This document shows, piece after piece, positions 1 to 10,067 of a stretch of 64,000 bases of DNA (positions are counted from its first letter, which is position 1; each line of letters starts with the position of its first letter). Under the pieces are notes generated by a model. The model searched no databases, was not told the origin of the DNA, and saw only the letters and a list, made by a program, of their open reading frames with translations. The position numbers and the translations under genes are program-made. The DNA is from a virus. The stretch is from the IMG/VR virus record IMGVR_UViG_3300003690_000090, positions 8,989-72,988 of that record; one strand, given 5' to 3'.

Positions 1-1
1 G

Positions 2-2836
2 CGCGGCGAAGAACAGATGGGACCTGGTTACCACTTCGCTACGACCGAAGAACTGCAGGGAATGAGCAAGGTCGAGTACATCGTTTCCAGCCATCACCAG
101 TTCGAACGGATCCTTGCCGCGTCGAATCGGTACACGGATGAACAGCGCATCAACATTCTTCAACCTCTTCGTCGATACGCGATGGATCTTGAAGAGGCCA
201 GGGCCCGTGGGGTGGATGGCGCAGATTGGGTGAAGGGTCTTACCGATGCTGATCGGATTGCTCTCGGAGATGTGATTGGGCGTCTCGAAATGGCCATGTC
301 GTCCTCCTACAACAGAATCCTAGAGGTAGGCAGTTGGATTGCTGTAGCGGCAGGTGGAGAGCGTGACGCCTCGATTTTGGTAGGCATGTTGGACCACGAA
401 AAGGCTGCTTTCTACAAGTGGTTTTACGATGGCAAATTCAGAGAGATATTTGATTATCTCTTGGAATATGGCCGTGAGACCGGCCATGTTGTCCACAAGT
501 TCACCAGCTATCAGCCCAACCAGGCCCTGTTGAACATGATTGTTCGCTTGCGGGCCTATGAGCTCATGGGCAACGTGTCCAAAGACCTGGCCCGCTACGG
601 ATTGCTAGAAGACGTGACCCAACTGGGCAAAGACTTGCCGCTATTTGATGCCGCCACAGGGGCATACACGGGGTTCCGTATAGACTCACATGTCGAAATG
701 GTGCAGTTCTACATTCAAATGGAACTGAATTACCGAGCCACTGGGTTCCTCTACACAAAGACTGTGGATGTGTTTGATGATGCCGGTAAGGCGGTGATGG
801 GTCCGGACGGAAAACAAAAAACCCGCACCATCCAGACCAACCGCCCGCCGCCAGCCCCCACTAGCAAAGAAGGCAAGTCGTTGTTGTCTCCAAAACGGGC
901 TGAATACGCCAAGAGCCAGGGTTGGAAACAAGATCCTCGCATTCCTGGCAACTTCCACGAAATGGCTGCGTATACCGAAGCCATGGAAATTCTCGATCGT
1001 GCTGGAGTGAAGGTCTCCACAGAAGGTTGGGAGAGGGTCACGTTCCATGATGGAACAGAAGCTCTCATGCCGGCTGGTGCGGCGAGGGAGTACTACGATG
1101 CTCTTGACCGATTGTCTGAAATCGGAACTGCTCGAGCAGGAGCTGCGCCAGCTCGGGCTTGGATGATCGGCAAAAAGGGGCGACAGGCGCTGGCGGAACG
1201 TCCTACCGGCGTTGAGGTAGAGCAGTGGAACAAGGTACTGGCAAAGGGCCAGCTGGGTAAAGTTATTGACGACCTAATGAAGATCTTCCCCATGACGGCC
1301 CGTCATACGAGGATGGGCGTCACGACCGGTATTTTCCTGCCGAACCCGGCGTACTACTTTGGCGTGGCGATTGGTGCCTACTTCCAGTTGTACGAAGGCT
1401 TGGGGCCGTGGGGGGCTCTCCGGGCTGTTGCGAGCAATAATGAAATGACCATGGCGCTTGTGGCGCGTATGTACAAGGAAGGGAAATACAAGCGGTACGC
1501 AAATCCAATTGTGTCAAAAACGGGCGAAACGCTGACTGTGGATCTTATGGAACAAGAGGTCCACGTTCATGGCATGAAGTCTAGCTACGCCTACGCAGAA
1601 ACTGCGCAGGGTGTTGAAACCTTGATGCACAAGACTATTCGTGATGCTCGGGCTGGGCTGTTTGGTAAAACCATGCGGAAGGTGTTCGACCAAGAACGCC
1701 TAATCGAAACCTCTACCGCTATTGACAACTACTTCCGTGTTTCGGCCTACTTGGATGCACGCGTAAGAGGCATGTCTGCAACAAAATCAGCCGAGCTCGC
1801 AAGGAAGACCGGGTTTGACTACGCGGCATTGACCGAGTTCGAAAAGAAGTACATGCGGAGCACGATTCTGTTCTATTCCTACTTCAGGAAGAACATGGAT
1901 CTCTTCTGGGACACGCTTCTTACAAACCCGGAGCGCATCATTGGCCAGCTGCGCCTGGTCCGTGGCATCCAGCAGATTGCGCTCGAAGACGACCCCGAGG
2001 TCGTTCTCAGGTCTTACGCACAAACCAGGCTACCAGTTTGGTTCAAAAAGGCTGCAGCCAATACGCATGTACAGAACCAGTGGATGTACATAGTTCCACC
2101 GCTTCCTTACGATGACGCGATGATGTGGCCAATCGATTTATTCGATGCCCTCAGGGGAGAAAACGAGGCCATTCGGAGTTTGGTCGGACACGTTGCGCCG
2201 TGGTGGCAGGCGCCATTCGTATTTGCCCAGGAGAAGGACCTCTTCTGGGGCAAAGAGTTGGAACTCTACAACAGGGTGCCCACCTGGTTGGTCGAGTGGG
2301 ACTTGAACATGACTGGTGGAATGCTGGTCAAAGACGTTTTCGATGTCCAACTGAGAGCTCATGCAGACCCAAACAAGGCAGATGCGCCAGGCATGGACCG
2401 CTGGTACCACGCGAGAAACGGCAAGGCTTGGTGGATTTGGCGAAACCTGCTGCAATTCCCCACTGCTGGCCGGTCCATGGACACCATCAGTTCCCTTGAT
2501 CGGGCCAATATCGGGGCTGTAGAGTGGATGAACGCCAAGACGAAAGAGCTGGGCAGGGGTTGGGATCCGGCTTCTGCAGCAAAAATGCGCCCGTCTGACT
2601 TCAATGAAGACACCATGTCGCCACGGCGAGGCCTGGAATGGTACGACGAACTCCTTGGGTTGATTGGAATTCGCCCCTTGGTGGTTGAGCATGGCGACAT
2701 TGTCAGCAAACGGAAAAAGCAGCGCCACATCGCAGCACTTAGACAGGCAACGTCAAGAGCGGAGCTTTCCGATCCCTACAGATACGAGGGTGGTATTCTC
2801 AGTTACGTTGGACCAGGCTTCAAACCACCCAAGTAG
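2..2836 (+). CDS. C-terminal part of a giant internal virion (ejection/large polyvalent-like) protein; 5' end outside the window
   Basis: Frame is open from position 2 (RGEEQM...) for >939 aa and mostly helical; its position after the internal-protein genes is typical of podovirus giant ejected proteins. Confidence 0.6.
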   Translation, partial: RGEEQMGPGYHFATTEELQGMSKVEYIVSSHHQFERILAASNRYTDEQRINILQPLRRYAMDLEEARARGVDGADWVKGLTDADRIALGDVIGRLEMAMSSSYNRILEVGSWIAVAAGGERDASILVGMLDHEKAAFYKWFYDGKFREIFDYLLEYGRETGHVVHKFTSYQPNQALLNMIVRLRAYELMGNVSKDLARYGLLEDVTQLGKDLPLFDAATGAYTGFRIDSHVEMVQFYIQMELNYRATGFLYTKTVDVFDDAGKAVMGPDGKQKTRTIQTNRPPPAPTSKEGKSLLSPKRAEYAKSQGWKQDPRIPGNFHEMAAYTEAMEILDRAGVKVSTEGWERVTFHDGTEALMPAGAAREYYDALDRLSEIGTARAGAAPARAWMIGKKGRQALAERPTGVEVEQWNKVLAKGQLGKVIDDLMKIFPMTARHTRMGVTTGIFLPNPAYYFGVAIGAYFQLYEGLGPWGALRAVASNNEMTMALVARMYKEGKYKRYANPIVSKTGETLTVDLMEQEVHVHGMKSSYAYAETAQGVETLMHKTIRDARAGLFGKTMRKVFDQERLIETSTAIDNYFRVSAYLDARVRGMSATKSAELARKTGFDYAALTEFEKKYMRSTILFYSYFRKNMDLFWDTLLTNPERIIGQLRLVRGIQQIALEDDPEVVLRSYAQTRLPVWFKKAAANTHVQNQWMYIVPPLPYDDAMMWPIDLFDALRGENEAIRSLVGHVAPWWQAPFVFAQEKDLFWGKELELYNRVPTWLVEWDLNMTGGMLVKDVFDVQLRAHADPNKADAPGMDRWYHARNGKAWWIWRNLLQFPTAGRSMDTISSLDRANIGAVEWMNAKTKELGRGWDPASAAKMRPSDFNEDTMSPRRGLEWYDELLGLIGIRPLVVEHGDIVSKRKKQRHIAALRQATSRAELSDPYRYEGGILSYVGPGFKPPK

Positions 2837-2907
2837 TCTGCCTGATTCCTTTCACCGTGATATCCTTCTTTCGAATCACCACGTCTACTTTCTAGGAGAC
2901 CACTACC

Positions 2908-3654
2908 ATGTCCCAACTTCCTGAACTTATGGGCGGACGCAGCCTGACTCATGACGCCATTAGCACTGGCTGGTACACCAAGGGGGTTGGCGACAAAGTT
3001 CAAATCTTTTCCGACTTTTTCGGTGGTGGCGCACTGCCGCTTGCTACCGCTGGTGGCGAGGGGTTCGTGAACCACGACACCTCGAGTTCCGGTGCGCCCA
3101 CTTTCGCGTTTCAGGGTACTGCCGATGGCATCTACAGGATGCAGTTCGCTTCCACCAGTGAGGCCGAGCACCTGGCCACCTATCTTGGTGATGCGGTTTG
3201 CATTCCTCCCACAGCAAAGGCAGTTTTCGAATGCCGTATCGCCATCACAGGCACACTCAGTGCCGATGACCGCGTTGTGTTCGGCCTTGCATCCGCTCGG
3301 AACGCCACCCTTGACAACATTGTTGACCACGTCTGGTTTCGCATGGAAGCTGCCAACAACAACATCCTGATTGAGGGTGACGACGGCACAAACGACAATG
3401 ACGACAACGACACTGGCGTTGATTGGGTCAGCGGCACCTACGTCAAGCTCAAGATCGACATGAGCGACACCAGCGACGTCAAGTTCTACATTGATGGCCA
3501 GGTGGTAGACCTGACATCCCACGAGAAGATTGATGTCTCCAATGCAGTGGCTGGCGATCTTCTGCAGCCGTACATCGAGATGCAGAAAGACTCCGGCACC
3601 GTCACTCACATTGTGGACATCGACTACATTTCAGTCCTTTGGGACCGCTCCTGA
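2908..3654 (+). CDS. Virion structural protein, beta-sandwich/ConA-like
   Basis: AGGAG RBS; 248 aa, acidic and beta-rich, ending in ...HIVDIDYISV. Confidence 0.55.
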   Translation: MSQLPELMGGRSLTHDAISTGWYTKGVGDKVQIFSDFFGGGALPLATAGGEGFVNHDTSSSGAPTFAFQGTADGIYRMQFASTSEAEHLATYLGDAVCIPPTAKAVFECRIAITGTLSADDRVVFGLASARNATLDNIVDHVWFRMEAANNNILIEGDDGTNDNDDNDTGVDWVSGTYVKLKIDMSDTSDVKFYIDGQVVDLTSHEKIDVSNAVAGDLLQPYIEMQKDSGTVTHIVDIDYISVLWDRS

Positions 3655-3683
3655 TCATTCCACCCTCTAACTAGGAGGCCGGA

Positions 3684-4112
3684 ATGCAGGGCTTCATTTG
3701 CAACGCCAATGCGACGACTGAAATCGTGGCTACCTACGGAAACGGTCTTCTTCTTGAGGCAAACACCGTTGACGCCAAGTCTCGAGCGATGCCGCAGTCA
3801 TGCTATTTGTCGCACCTGGACTTGTCTCTCACCAATGCGAACTCCGCTGCCACCGTCTCTTGCTTTCTGACTTGGGACACCGGTAAGGACCACCCGATGA
3901 CTGGTGAGGCCACTGGTCAGAAGCTGAGCGCGGGAAGCACGAGTAATCTCAAGCATGTCTCGATTGCGCTGGATGCTTCTGTGACAGCTCCTACCGCGCA
4001 GACGACAGCTGGGAAGTGCTACCTGTGGGTCCTGGTCGATAACGCTACGGGAAGCCCAGAGATCGCCACGGCCAGGCTGCACTGGGCTGATTCAAGAGCT
4101 GGCAACCACTAG
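3684..4112 (+). CDS. Small beta-rich virion protein
   Basis: AGGAGG RBS; 142 aa, T/A/S-rich. Confidence 0.6.
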   Translation: MQGFICNANATTEIVATYGNGLLLEANTVDAKSRAMPQSCYLSHLDLSLTNANSAATVSCFLTWDTGKDHPMTGEATGQKLSAGSTSNLKHVSIALDASVTAPTAQTTAGKCYLWVLVDNATGSPEIATARLHWADSRAGNH

Positions 4113-4120
4113 GGGGTAGC

Positions 4121-4768
4121 ATGGGTTTCAACAGTCCGTTCAACAGCAGCGGTGGGGCACAGATTCTCACCGACCTCGAGGTCGATGGCACCACCCTCGT
4201 GGTTGATGAGGTCAACAACCGGGTTGGTGTCGGGGTTGCAGCACCAACCTATGCCCTTGAGGTCGCCGGTAATGTTGGGTTCGACGAGTATCTGTACCAC
4301 AACGACGACCCCGACACGTACATAAGACTCAAGGTTGATGCTTTTGATATCGCTTGTGGTGGACTCCTGCTGGCTAGTTACTACGAGACGGACGGGAGTG
4401 ATTTCATCCATTTCAACATCAATAATTCGGATGTCAACTTCGCGGTTGATACGTCTGGAGTCGGCACTGCTGGAAACTTTACGTTTTTTGTTGATGGTGG
4501 CCTAAATAAGATTGGAATGGGCACGAACACCCCCAAGACCAAGCTGACGATTGTGGGGGCGATTACTCTTGTAGAGCAAGCCGAGGCCGATACAAGCGTT
4601 GCGACCTACGGGCAGATTTGGGTGAACACGGCTACGCCAAACGAACTCTACTTCACGACAGATGCCGGGGATGATATCCAGCTTACGTCTGGTACTGCTG
4701 TCGCGGGTGGTGGTGGCGCAGATGCCAACGACCTGGATCACATCCTTCACCAACAAGTTTTCTCTTAG
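4121..4768 (+). CDS. Tail fibre/spike-like protein
   Basis: Repeated VDxxNNRVGVGxxxP...LEVxG / NKIGMGTxTP..KLTIxG beta-helix-type fibre motifs. Confidence 0.7.
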   Translation: MGFNSPFNSSGGAQILTDLEVDGTTLVVDEVNNRVGVGVAAPTYALEVAGNVGFDEYLYHNDDPDTYIRLKVDAFDIACGGLLLASYYETDGSDFIHFNINNSDVNFAVDTSGVGTAGNFTFFVDGGLNKIGMGTNTPKTKLTIVGAITLVEQAEADTSVATYGQIWVNTATPNELYFTTDAGDDIQLTSGTAVAGGGGADANDLDHILHQQVFS

Positions 4769-4777
4769 GATTTCATC

Positions 4778-5137
4778 ATGGCAGTATTGAAGAAACAGGA
4801 ACTATCTGGGGGCGCTGATGGCATCGGTGTCAAGGTGGTCGCTACCGCATCAGCGGGCACCGTTATTCACACGGCTGACAGCACAACCACTGCGAATCTC
4901 TACGATGAGATTTGGTTGTATGCCACCAATACACACACCGGAACGGTGGTGTTGACTCTTCAGTTTGGCGGTGTCGTAGCGGTGACGAATGATATCAAGC
5001 ATGTCATAAATCCTAACGAAACCGTCTTGGTGTGCCCTGGTTTTATCTTGCAGAACAGTCTCATTGTCAAAGCATACGCCAGCGAGGCGAATGTGGTCAG
5101 CATCCATGGATTCGTGAACAGGATTGCTGCCTCGTGA
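4778..5137 (+). CDS. Small virion-associated beta protein (paralogue of 13585-14007)
   Basis: 119 aa; DEIWLYATNT ... GFVNRI motifs shared with the 13585-14007 product. Confidence 0.7.
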   Translation: MAVLKKQELSGGADGIGVKVVATASAGTVIHTADSTTTANLYDEIWLYATNTHTGTVVLTLQFGGVVAVTNDIKHVINPNETVLVCPGFILQNSLIVKAYASEANVVSIHGFVNRIAAS

Positions 5138-6090
5138 GCCGACGATCACGAAAGCCAGGACCAATCAAAGAGGGGCCGACCGCTTCTGGGAGGCGGTTAT
5201 TCGTGCCGGGAATCGCTCCATGGATTTCAGTCAATCCGGTTCCTGGTGGTGTCTTGCCCACCGATGTCGGTGGCCTTACGAGTGACGACATTGACAATGG
5301 GACTCCGGGCCTTTGGTATTATTATGACCCGAATGAGACCATCGACATTAGTGGGCATGGAAGCGATTGGATTACCCAAGACTCGAATGGCGTCGAGTTT
5401 TATGGCGTCTTCGATCTGCTGAAGGATGCGAAGTATTCGTATAACTACTCCCAAGGTGGTCGAGTTTCTACTGCGTTGATGAAACCTGATGGTAGTGGTC
5501 AGTTCCAGTTTGGTGACCTGGCCGGGTTTCGTATTGAGTTTCTGATTGAGGCTGGCGAGACTCAACCGCATGCCGAAAATCAGGACATCGGTGTCTTTGT
5601 GGGCCTGTCTGACAAGACGGTAATGAGTACCGTAAATGGTCGAGACACCTTTGGTCTTGGCGCATGGTACGAAAGCACCAGTGCTGGCGGGGCTGGGGTA
5701 GAAGCCAAATCATGGAATCCGCATACTCACCAAAACCATACAGGAAGTACCCTCCGAAAGCATTGGGCAGGCTTCAACTTCTGGCTACAGGATGACGATG
5801 AGGTTGATTGTGGCTACCATTTGTTTACCAGTCTGGATGCAGATGGAGAGCATAACAACGTAAGGCAAGCCAAGCTCCACGGAAGCGAGAAGATGGCTCT
5901 TACAGATAAGGTTTACCTAACGGTTGGAGTTCATAGTTACACCAATGCTGGTAGTGGCGATGGCGTCAAGGTGACTGGTGCTTGGAAGATTTGGTACAGA
6001 ATCACTTGGAGCCCAAAGGGCATCTCTCCAGATTACATCGCTGGCGGAAACAATATCAATTCGGGTTTTAGCTCTGGGTATTTTGATTGA
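5134..6090 (+). CDS. Putative receptor-binding/lectin-like virion protein
   Basis: GTG start overlaps the previous stop (GTGA); ~318 aa, G/aromatic-rich beta protein. Confidence 0.55.
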   Translation: MSRRSRKPGPIKEGPTASGRRLFVPGIAPWISVNPVPGGVLPTDVGGLTSDDIDNGTPGLWYYYDPNETIDISGHGSDWITQDSNGVEFYGVFDLLKDAKYSYNYSQGGRVSTALMKPDGSGQFQFGDLAGFRIEFLIEAGETQPHAENQDIGVFVGLSDKTVMSTVNGRDTFGLGAWYESTSAGGAGVEAKSWNPHTHQNHTGSTLRKHWAGFNFWLQDDDEVDCGYHLFTSLDADGEHNNVRQAKLHGSEKMALTDKVYLTVGVHSYTNAGSGDGVKVTGAWKIWYRITWSPKGISPDYIAGGNNINSGFSSGYFD

Positions 6091-6395
6091 TGGCTTCTTC
6101 ACTTTCCAGGGATGGTGTGCTGAAAGCGGCTGTTTGGCTGGTGCCGATCATCTTCACAGCAGGTGGGTTGATGTGGCAGTCGGGCGAGGTACGTGCCGAC
6201 CTGGCCTCGCTTGGTGGTGACTTCGATGCCCATGAGAAGATAGAGGCGCACCCGATTGCTACCGTACAGTTGGAAGAACACCGCGCTGTTCTGGAAACAC
6301 TCATGGTAGAACAGAAGGCGATGAGAACTGAACAGACCGAACAGGCTGTGAACATCTCCGCTATCTGCCAGGCGACTGGCGCGAGGTGTAGATAA
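6090..6395 (+). CDS. Membrane-anchored coiled-coil protein (lysis-associated?)
   Basis: N-terminal hydrophobic segment AAVWLVPIIFTAGGLMW followed by a coiled coil. Confidence 0.5.
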   Translation: MASSLSRDGVLKAAVWLVPIIFTAGGLMWQSGEVRADLASLGGDFDAHEKIEAHPIATVQLEEHRAVLETLMVEQKAMRTEQTEQAVNISAICQATGARCR

Positions 6396-6784
6396 TGGCT
6401 GTCACGACTACCACTGGGCTTGATCTGAATACACACGTCATCAAGAGCTCGGATATCGACGCAACGGTGGCCGACGACATCAAGCTATCCTCCGGTACAC
6501 TCCATGCGGTTTCGCTGTCTGCTGCCACAAATGGCGGAACAGAGACTGGCTACATCAAGATCACCTTGACGGACAAAACAATCGTTGTTGCAACCGATGA
6601 GCCAGACATCAAGTTCCCCCTTCAGGAGGGGGGTGTCATTTCAGTCGATGTTACTGATGCGTCTACCAGCTCTACTGGTGGCGTGGCGTTTGATACTCTT
6701 GGTGTGTGGCAAGTCAGTGCTGCCGCCAAGGCCGGCGATACCGCTATTGGCGATACCATCACTGGTTGGTTCACGGTCAAGTAA
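6395..6784 (+). CDS. Small jelly-roll-like virion protein, paralogue family member 1
   Basis: 129 aa; GTLHAV...GYIKIT...EPDIKF...GVAF pattern shared with neighbours. Confidence 0.6.
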   Translation: MAVTTTTGLDLNTHVIKSSDIDATVADDIKLSSGTLHAVSLSAATNGGTETGYIKITLTDKTIVVATDEPDIKFPLQEGGVISVDVTDASTSSTGGVAFDTLGVWQVSAAAKAGDTAIGDTITGWFTVK

Positions 6785-7179
6785 TGGCAACTTCAAAAAC
6801 CACAGCTCTTAGTCCTCTTGCCACCTTCATGTGGAAAGACACTGCGGCTACAACCACCGTAGTTACGGTGACCGGCGCCACCAGCGGCTCACTGTTGCAG
6901 GCTGATATCGACAACCAGGTGGGCAGTGTTGCTGTCTTTTTGAAGATGGCGTTCCCAAGCTCTGGCACGCCATCTGCCGGCTCTACCCCGGCAGACATTC
7001 AGTTCTATGCGCCTGCCGGTAAGCGCATTATCTATTCAATCCCACAAGGGATTCCATTGACTTGGATCAACGGTAGCGGTCAGCTGTACTACTGGGCCTC
7101 CACAAGCAATTCCGAGGCGAGCTCGGCAGCACCTACTTCTGGCGAAGAACCCACGGTGCGTATTACTATGACGTCGTGA
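6784..7179 (+). CDS. Small jelly-roll-like virion protein, paralogue family member 2
   Basis: ATG overlaps the previous TAA; GSLLQADIDN...AVFLKM...PADIQF...PQGIP. Confidence 0.6.
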   Translation: MATSKTTALSPLATFMWKDTAATTTVVTVTGATSGSLLQADIDNQVGSVAVFLKMAFPSSGTPSAGSTPADIQFYAPAGKRIIYSIPQGIPLTWINGSGQLYYWASTSNSEASSAAPTSGEEPTVRITMTS

Positions 7180-7197
7180 TTTCGCGGAGGTGATGCA

Positions 7198-7524
7198 GTG
7201 GAAGAAGTCACCTCATGGACGAATGTAATATCTGACGCAGGCATGGCTGGGGCGTTTATCGTATTCCTGGTCTATGACCGCCGTGAGCAAGCAAAGCGCA
7301 TGGACGAGTATGTCAATCGCTTGCTCGAGACCCTGGCAAATATCGAGAGCGAGCGCGAGGCAGGATTCGAAACCATCAGGGACAGATACGATCAGGTCAT
7401 AGAAAAATATGACCGTGAGCGCGATAAGCTTCTGATCGATATTTCTGGTAAGATCGAAGAGATTTCGAAGGCAATACACGAAGTTTTCGAGGAAATAGAG
7501 CGGCCTGGTCGGGGCGGCTCATGA
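7198..7524 (+). CDS. Holin-like protein (single TM + coiled coil)
   Basis: GGAGGTG RBS; TM segment AGMAGAFIVFLVY then a charged coiled coil; close to the lysin. Confidence 0.5.
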   Translation: MEEVTSWTNVISDAGMAGAFIVFLVYDRREQAKRMDEYVNRLLETLANIESEREAGFETIRDRYDQVIEKYDRERDKLLIDISGKIEEISKAIHEVFEEIERPGRGGS

Positions 7525-7553
7525 TAAGAATCGGTAATGTCCAGAGGTAGATC

Positions 7554-7922
7554 ATGGCAACTTACGCTAGCAATCAGACAACCTCGATTAGTGCCGATAT
7601 CATTTACGATTCGGCAGTGGTGTCCACTGCGGCTGTAGAGAATGTCACTGGTGGATCTGGTACCTGGTACACGGTTTTCATGAAGAACACAGATTCCGAG
7701 CTGGTGTACCTGCATCTTCATGATGCAACGACCCTCGACGCTGGAAATGATGAGCCAAACTGGATTCTCCAGTGCCCAGGAAGCGACTCTGTTTGCTGGA
7801 CCGTGCCTGACGGCGTGACCTTTTCAAATGGCCTGAGTTACACCGCTTCTACATCCGCAGGAAAAACGGTTGGAGGAGCTATTGCCACGCTGACGATGTG
7901 GATCGTCATAAAGAGGGATTGA
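7554..7922 (+). CDS. Small jelly-roll-like virion protein, paralogue family member 3
   Basis: GTWYTVFMKN...VYLHLHDA...EPNWIL...PDGVTFSNGLSY. Confidence 0.65.
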   Translation: MATYASNQTTSISADIIYDSAVVSTAAVENVTGGSGTWYTVFMKNTDSELVYLHLHDATTLDAGNDEPNWILQCPGSDSVCWTVPDGVTFSNGLSYTASTSAGKTVGGAIATLTMWIVIKRD

Positions 7923-7925
7923 GCT

Positions 7926-8336
7926 ATGGCTTCTACGTTCATTGTAAAACGGGAAAATTCCACCGCTCACATTGCCTACGAGGTGGTTGACACCGACGTA
8001 GACGAGGTCAGCAACAACGATCTTACCGGCACCGTGGGGGGCCTTGGGTTGGTAATGTACGAGATCGACAATACTGGCAATACCAGTACTGCAGTCCACC
8101 TGAAGGTGTACGACGGCGCTGACCCGGCTGATGATGGTTCGGACGCCGTCCCCACTTGTCTTCGGGTTCAGGGGGGCGTGAAGCGCCAGTTCATTGGACT
8201 GAATGCAAGCGCTGCGGCTGCGAGCGCAACTCATGGAAATCTTTCGTTGCGATGCGTGACGGAGGCTGGTTCTGCTGGCACTACCGCCCCCACGGCAGCT
8301 GTGACGGTGCGCATTCTCATCAAGGACATGTCGTAG
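7926..8336 (+). CDS. Small jelly-roll-like virion protein, paralogue family member 4
   Basis: MYEIDNTGN...AVHLKVYDG...VPTCLRV pattern. Confidence 0.6.
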   Translation: MASTFIVKRENSTAHIAYEVVDTDVDEVSNNDLTGTVGGLGLVMYEIDNTGNTSTAVHLKVYDGADPADDGSDAVPTCLRVQGGVKRQFIGLNASAAAASATHGNLSLRCVTEAGSAGTTAPTAAVTVRILIKDMS

Positions 8337-8343
8337 GTACATC

Positions 8344-9138
8344 ATGCTGATTCGGCGTGGAGCTCGGGGAGAGCGTGTTCGTGAGATCCAAAAAGTTTTG
8401 AACAGGCTTGGGTTTGGCCCTCTTGTCGAAGACGGGATCTACGGCCGGGCGAGTGTAAGTGCTGTTCGTTTGTTCCAAGTCGCCGAGCGATTGTCCGCAG
8501 ACGGCATCATCGGCCCGAAGACCTTGGCGGCATTGAACGGCGACCCAGCGCCAAATACGGGCCAGGAAACGGCTGTCGAGCCAGACATCATCAAGGCGGT
8601 TCGGCAGAAAGGCTACCAAGTCCACGAAGACGGCCAATGCAATATCATCGGCGTCAGAAACTCGAACGGCCAGGTCAATAGCTTCGACGATGTCATCCAC
8701 CTGGTTTGGAAGAGCAATGGATGGCAGCACAACCAATATCCATGCACTTGCGACCCAGGCAACTACTGGCTGGAGTCTCCAATGCGGGTGGAAGGTACTG
8801 CCATCATGGTGCCTGGGCAGTATGTCGATGCCTACTGCTGGGGCTTGCACCGTGGCCAGTATGAGACGTTGGTTCAACGTGGGCCTGGCGATCCGGTCAA
8901 GGTCTACCGAGACGCCAACAAGGACGAGGTTCTGGACATGGACCCGTCAACGATTGAGCTTGGCCATGGCTTAAATCTACATCACGCCGGCACGGATTCA
9001 ACGAACGTAGAGAAGTGGAGCGCCGGATGCCAGGTGTTCAAACGCCTTGCCGATTGGAAGGATGCAGTTAGAATCTGGAAATCCACACAGGCGGATCTCT
9101 TCACCTACACGTTGATTCTGGAAGACGACCTGCCATAA
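8344..9138 (+). CDS. Endolysin: N-terminal peptidoglycan-binding domain + YkuD/L,D-transpeptidase-like catalytic domain
   Basis: PGBD signature (V..IQ..L..LG...DGIYG....AV..FQ....L..DGIIGP.T..AL); C-terminal LHHAG...WSAGC motif. Confidence 0.8.
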   Translation: MLIRRGARGERVREIQKVLNRLGFGPLVEDGIYGRASVSAVRLFQVAERLSADGIIGPKTLAALNGDPAPNTGQETAVEPDIIKAVRQKGYQVHEDGQCNIIGVRNSNGQVNSFDDVIHLVWKSNGWQHNQYPCTCDPGNYWLESPMRVEGTAIMVPGQYVDAYCWGLHRGQYETLVQRGPGDPVKVYRDANKDEVLDMDPSTIELGHGLNLHHAGTDSTNVEKWSAGCQVFKRLADWKDAVRIWKSTQADLFTYTLILEDDLP

Positions 9139-9162
9139 ATCTCTGTGGAATAAGGAGACGTC

Positions 9163-9363
<201 letters not shown>

Positions 9364-9392
9364 TCCTCATTCGCGCCGCCCCTTGAGGTTGG

Positions 9393-10031
9393 TCAAACAG
9401 CCTCGATACCTTCCTTGGCCGTAGCATTCTTTGTGGGTGCTGCGGCCTGGCCGTCAGCCATCGTGCTGATGAGTTCCTTCAGAAGAACCTTGAGCTCATC
9501 GTCTCCGGTGCTTCGGCTCGTGAGCGCGTTCAGAACTTCGTCGGGAAGCGGCGAGGTCGTCACGTTGACGTTCACAGCAGGCGCACCGTTGTGGTACTGC
9601 AAGTCATCAGCGTTGTTCGCATCGACCCACCGGACCACAAGCATGATGCATTCATGGCCCGAACCGTCGCGCCGAATGTCGGCCTCGAACTCCATCGGCT
9701 TCCACTCGCCATTGCCCTGGGTGTGCTCAATGTGCTTGAGCATATCCTTGAGTACGCCATCGACGCTCACCTCGAAACGGGACGAACCAATGTTGCCAAG
9801 CAAGCCAATAAGCTTCCACTTGCTATCCGTTAGGCGGGTACGGTGCTGCGACCAGGCCTTCGCAGTTTTCTTGTCGATCAGCACGCTTTCACCAACTGTA
9901 CGGACGATTTTCAAGAACTCGTCCGCACGCATGATGACGTCTTCTTCCTCATCATCATTCTTCTTCTTGTTGCTGGGCTTCAAGCCGATCTTGTTGGCGT
10001 TGATGGTTTCCATTTCAGTAAGCAAAGACAT
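9393..10031 (-). CDS. Hypothetical protein, 212 aa
   Basis: AAGGAG RBS; co-oriented downstream of recT. Confidence 0.65.
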   Translation of the reverse strand: MSLLTEMETINANKIGLKPSNKKKNDDEEEDVIMRADEFLKIVRTVGESVLIDKKTAKAWSQHRTRLTDSKWKLIGLLGNIGSSRFEVSVDGVLKDMLKHIEHTQGNGEWKPMEFEADIRRDGSGHECIMLVVRWVDANNADDLQYHNGAPAVNVNVTTSPLPDEVLNALTSRSTGDDELKVLLKELISTMADGQAAAPTKNATAKEGIEAV

Positions 10032-10067
10032 GTAGGCACTCCTTAGGCCTGGTGGGTATATCTCGAT

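Noticed and set aside
4121-6090. Diversity-generating retroelement targeting the fibre genes
   Set aside because: No reverse transcriptase and no template/variable repeat pair seen
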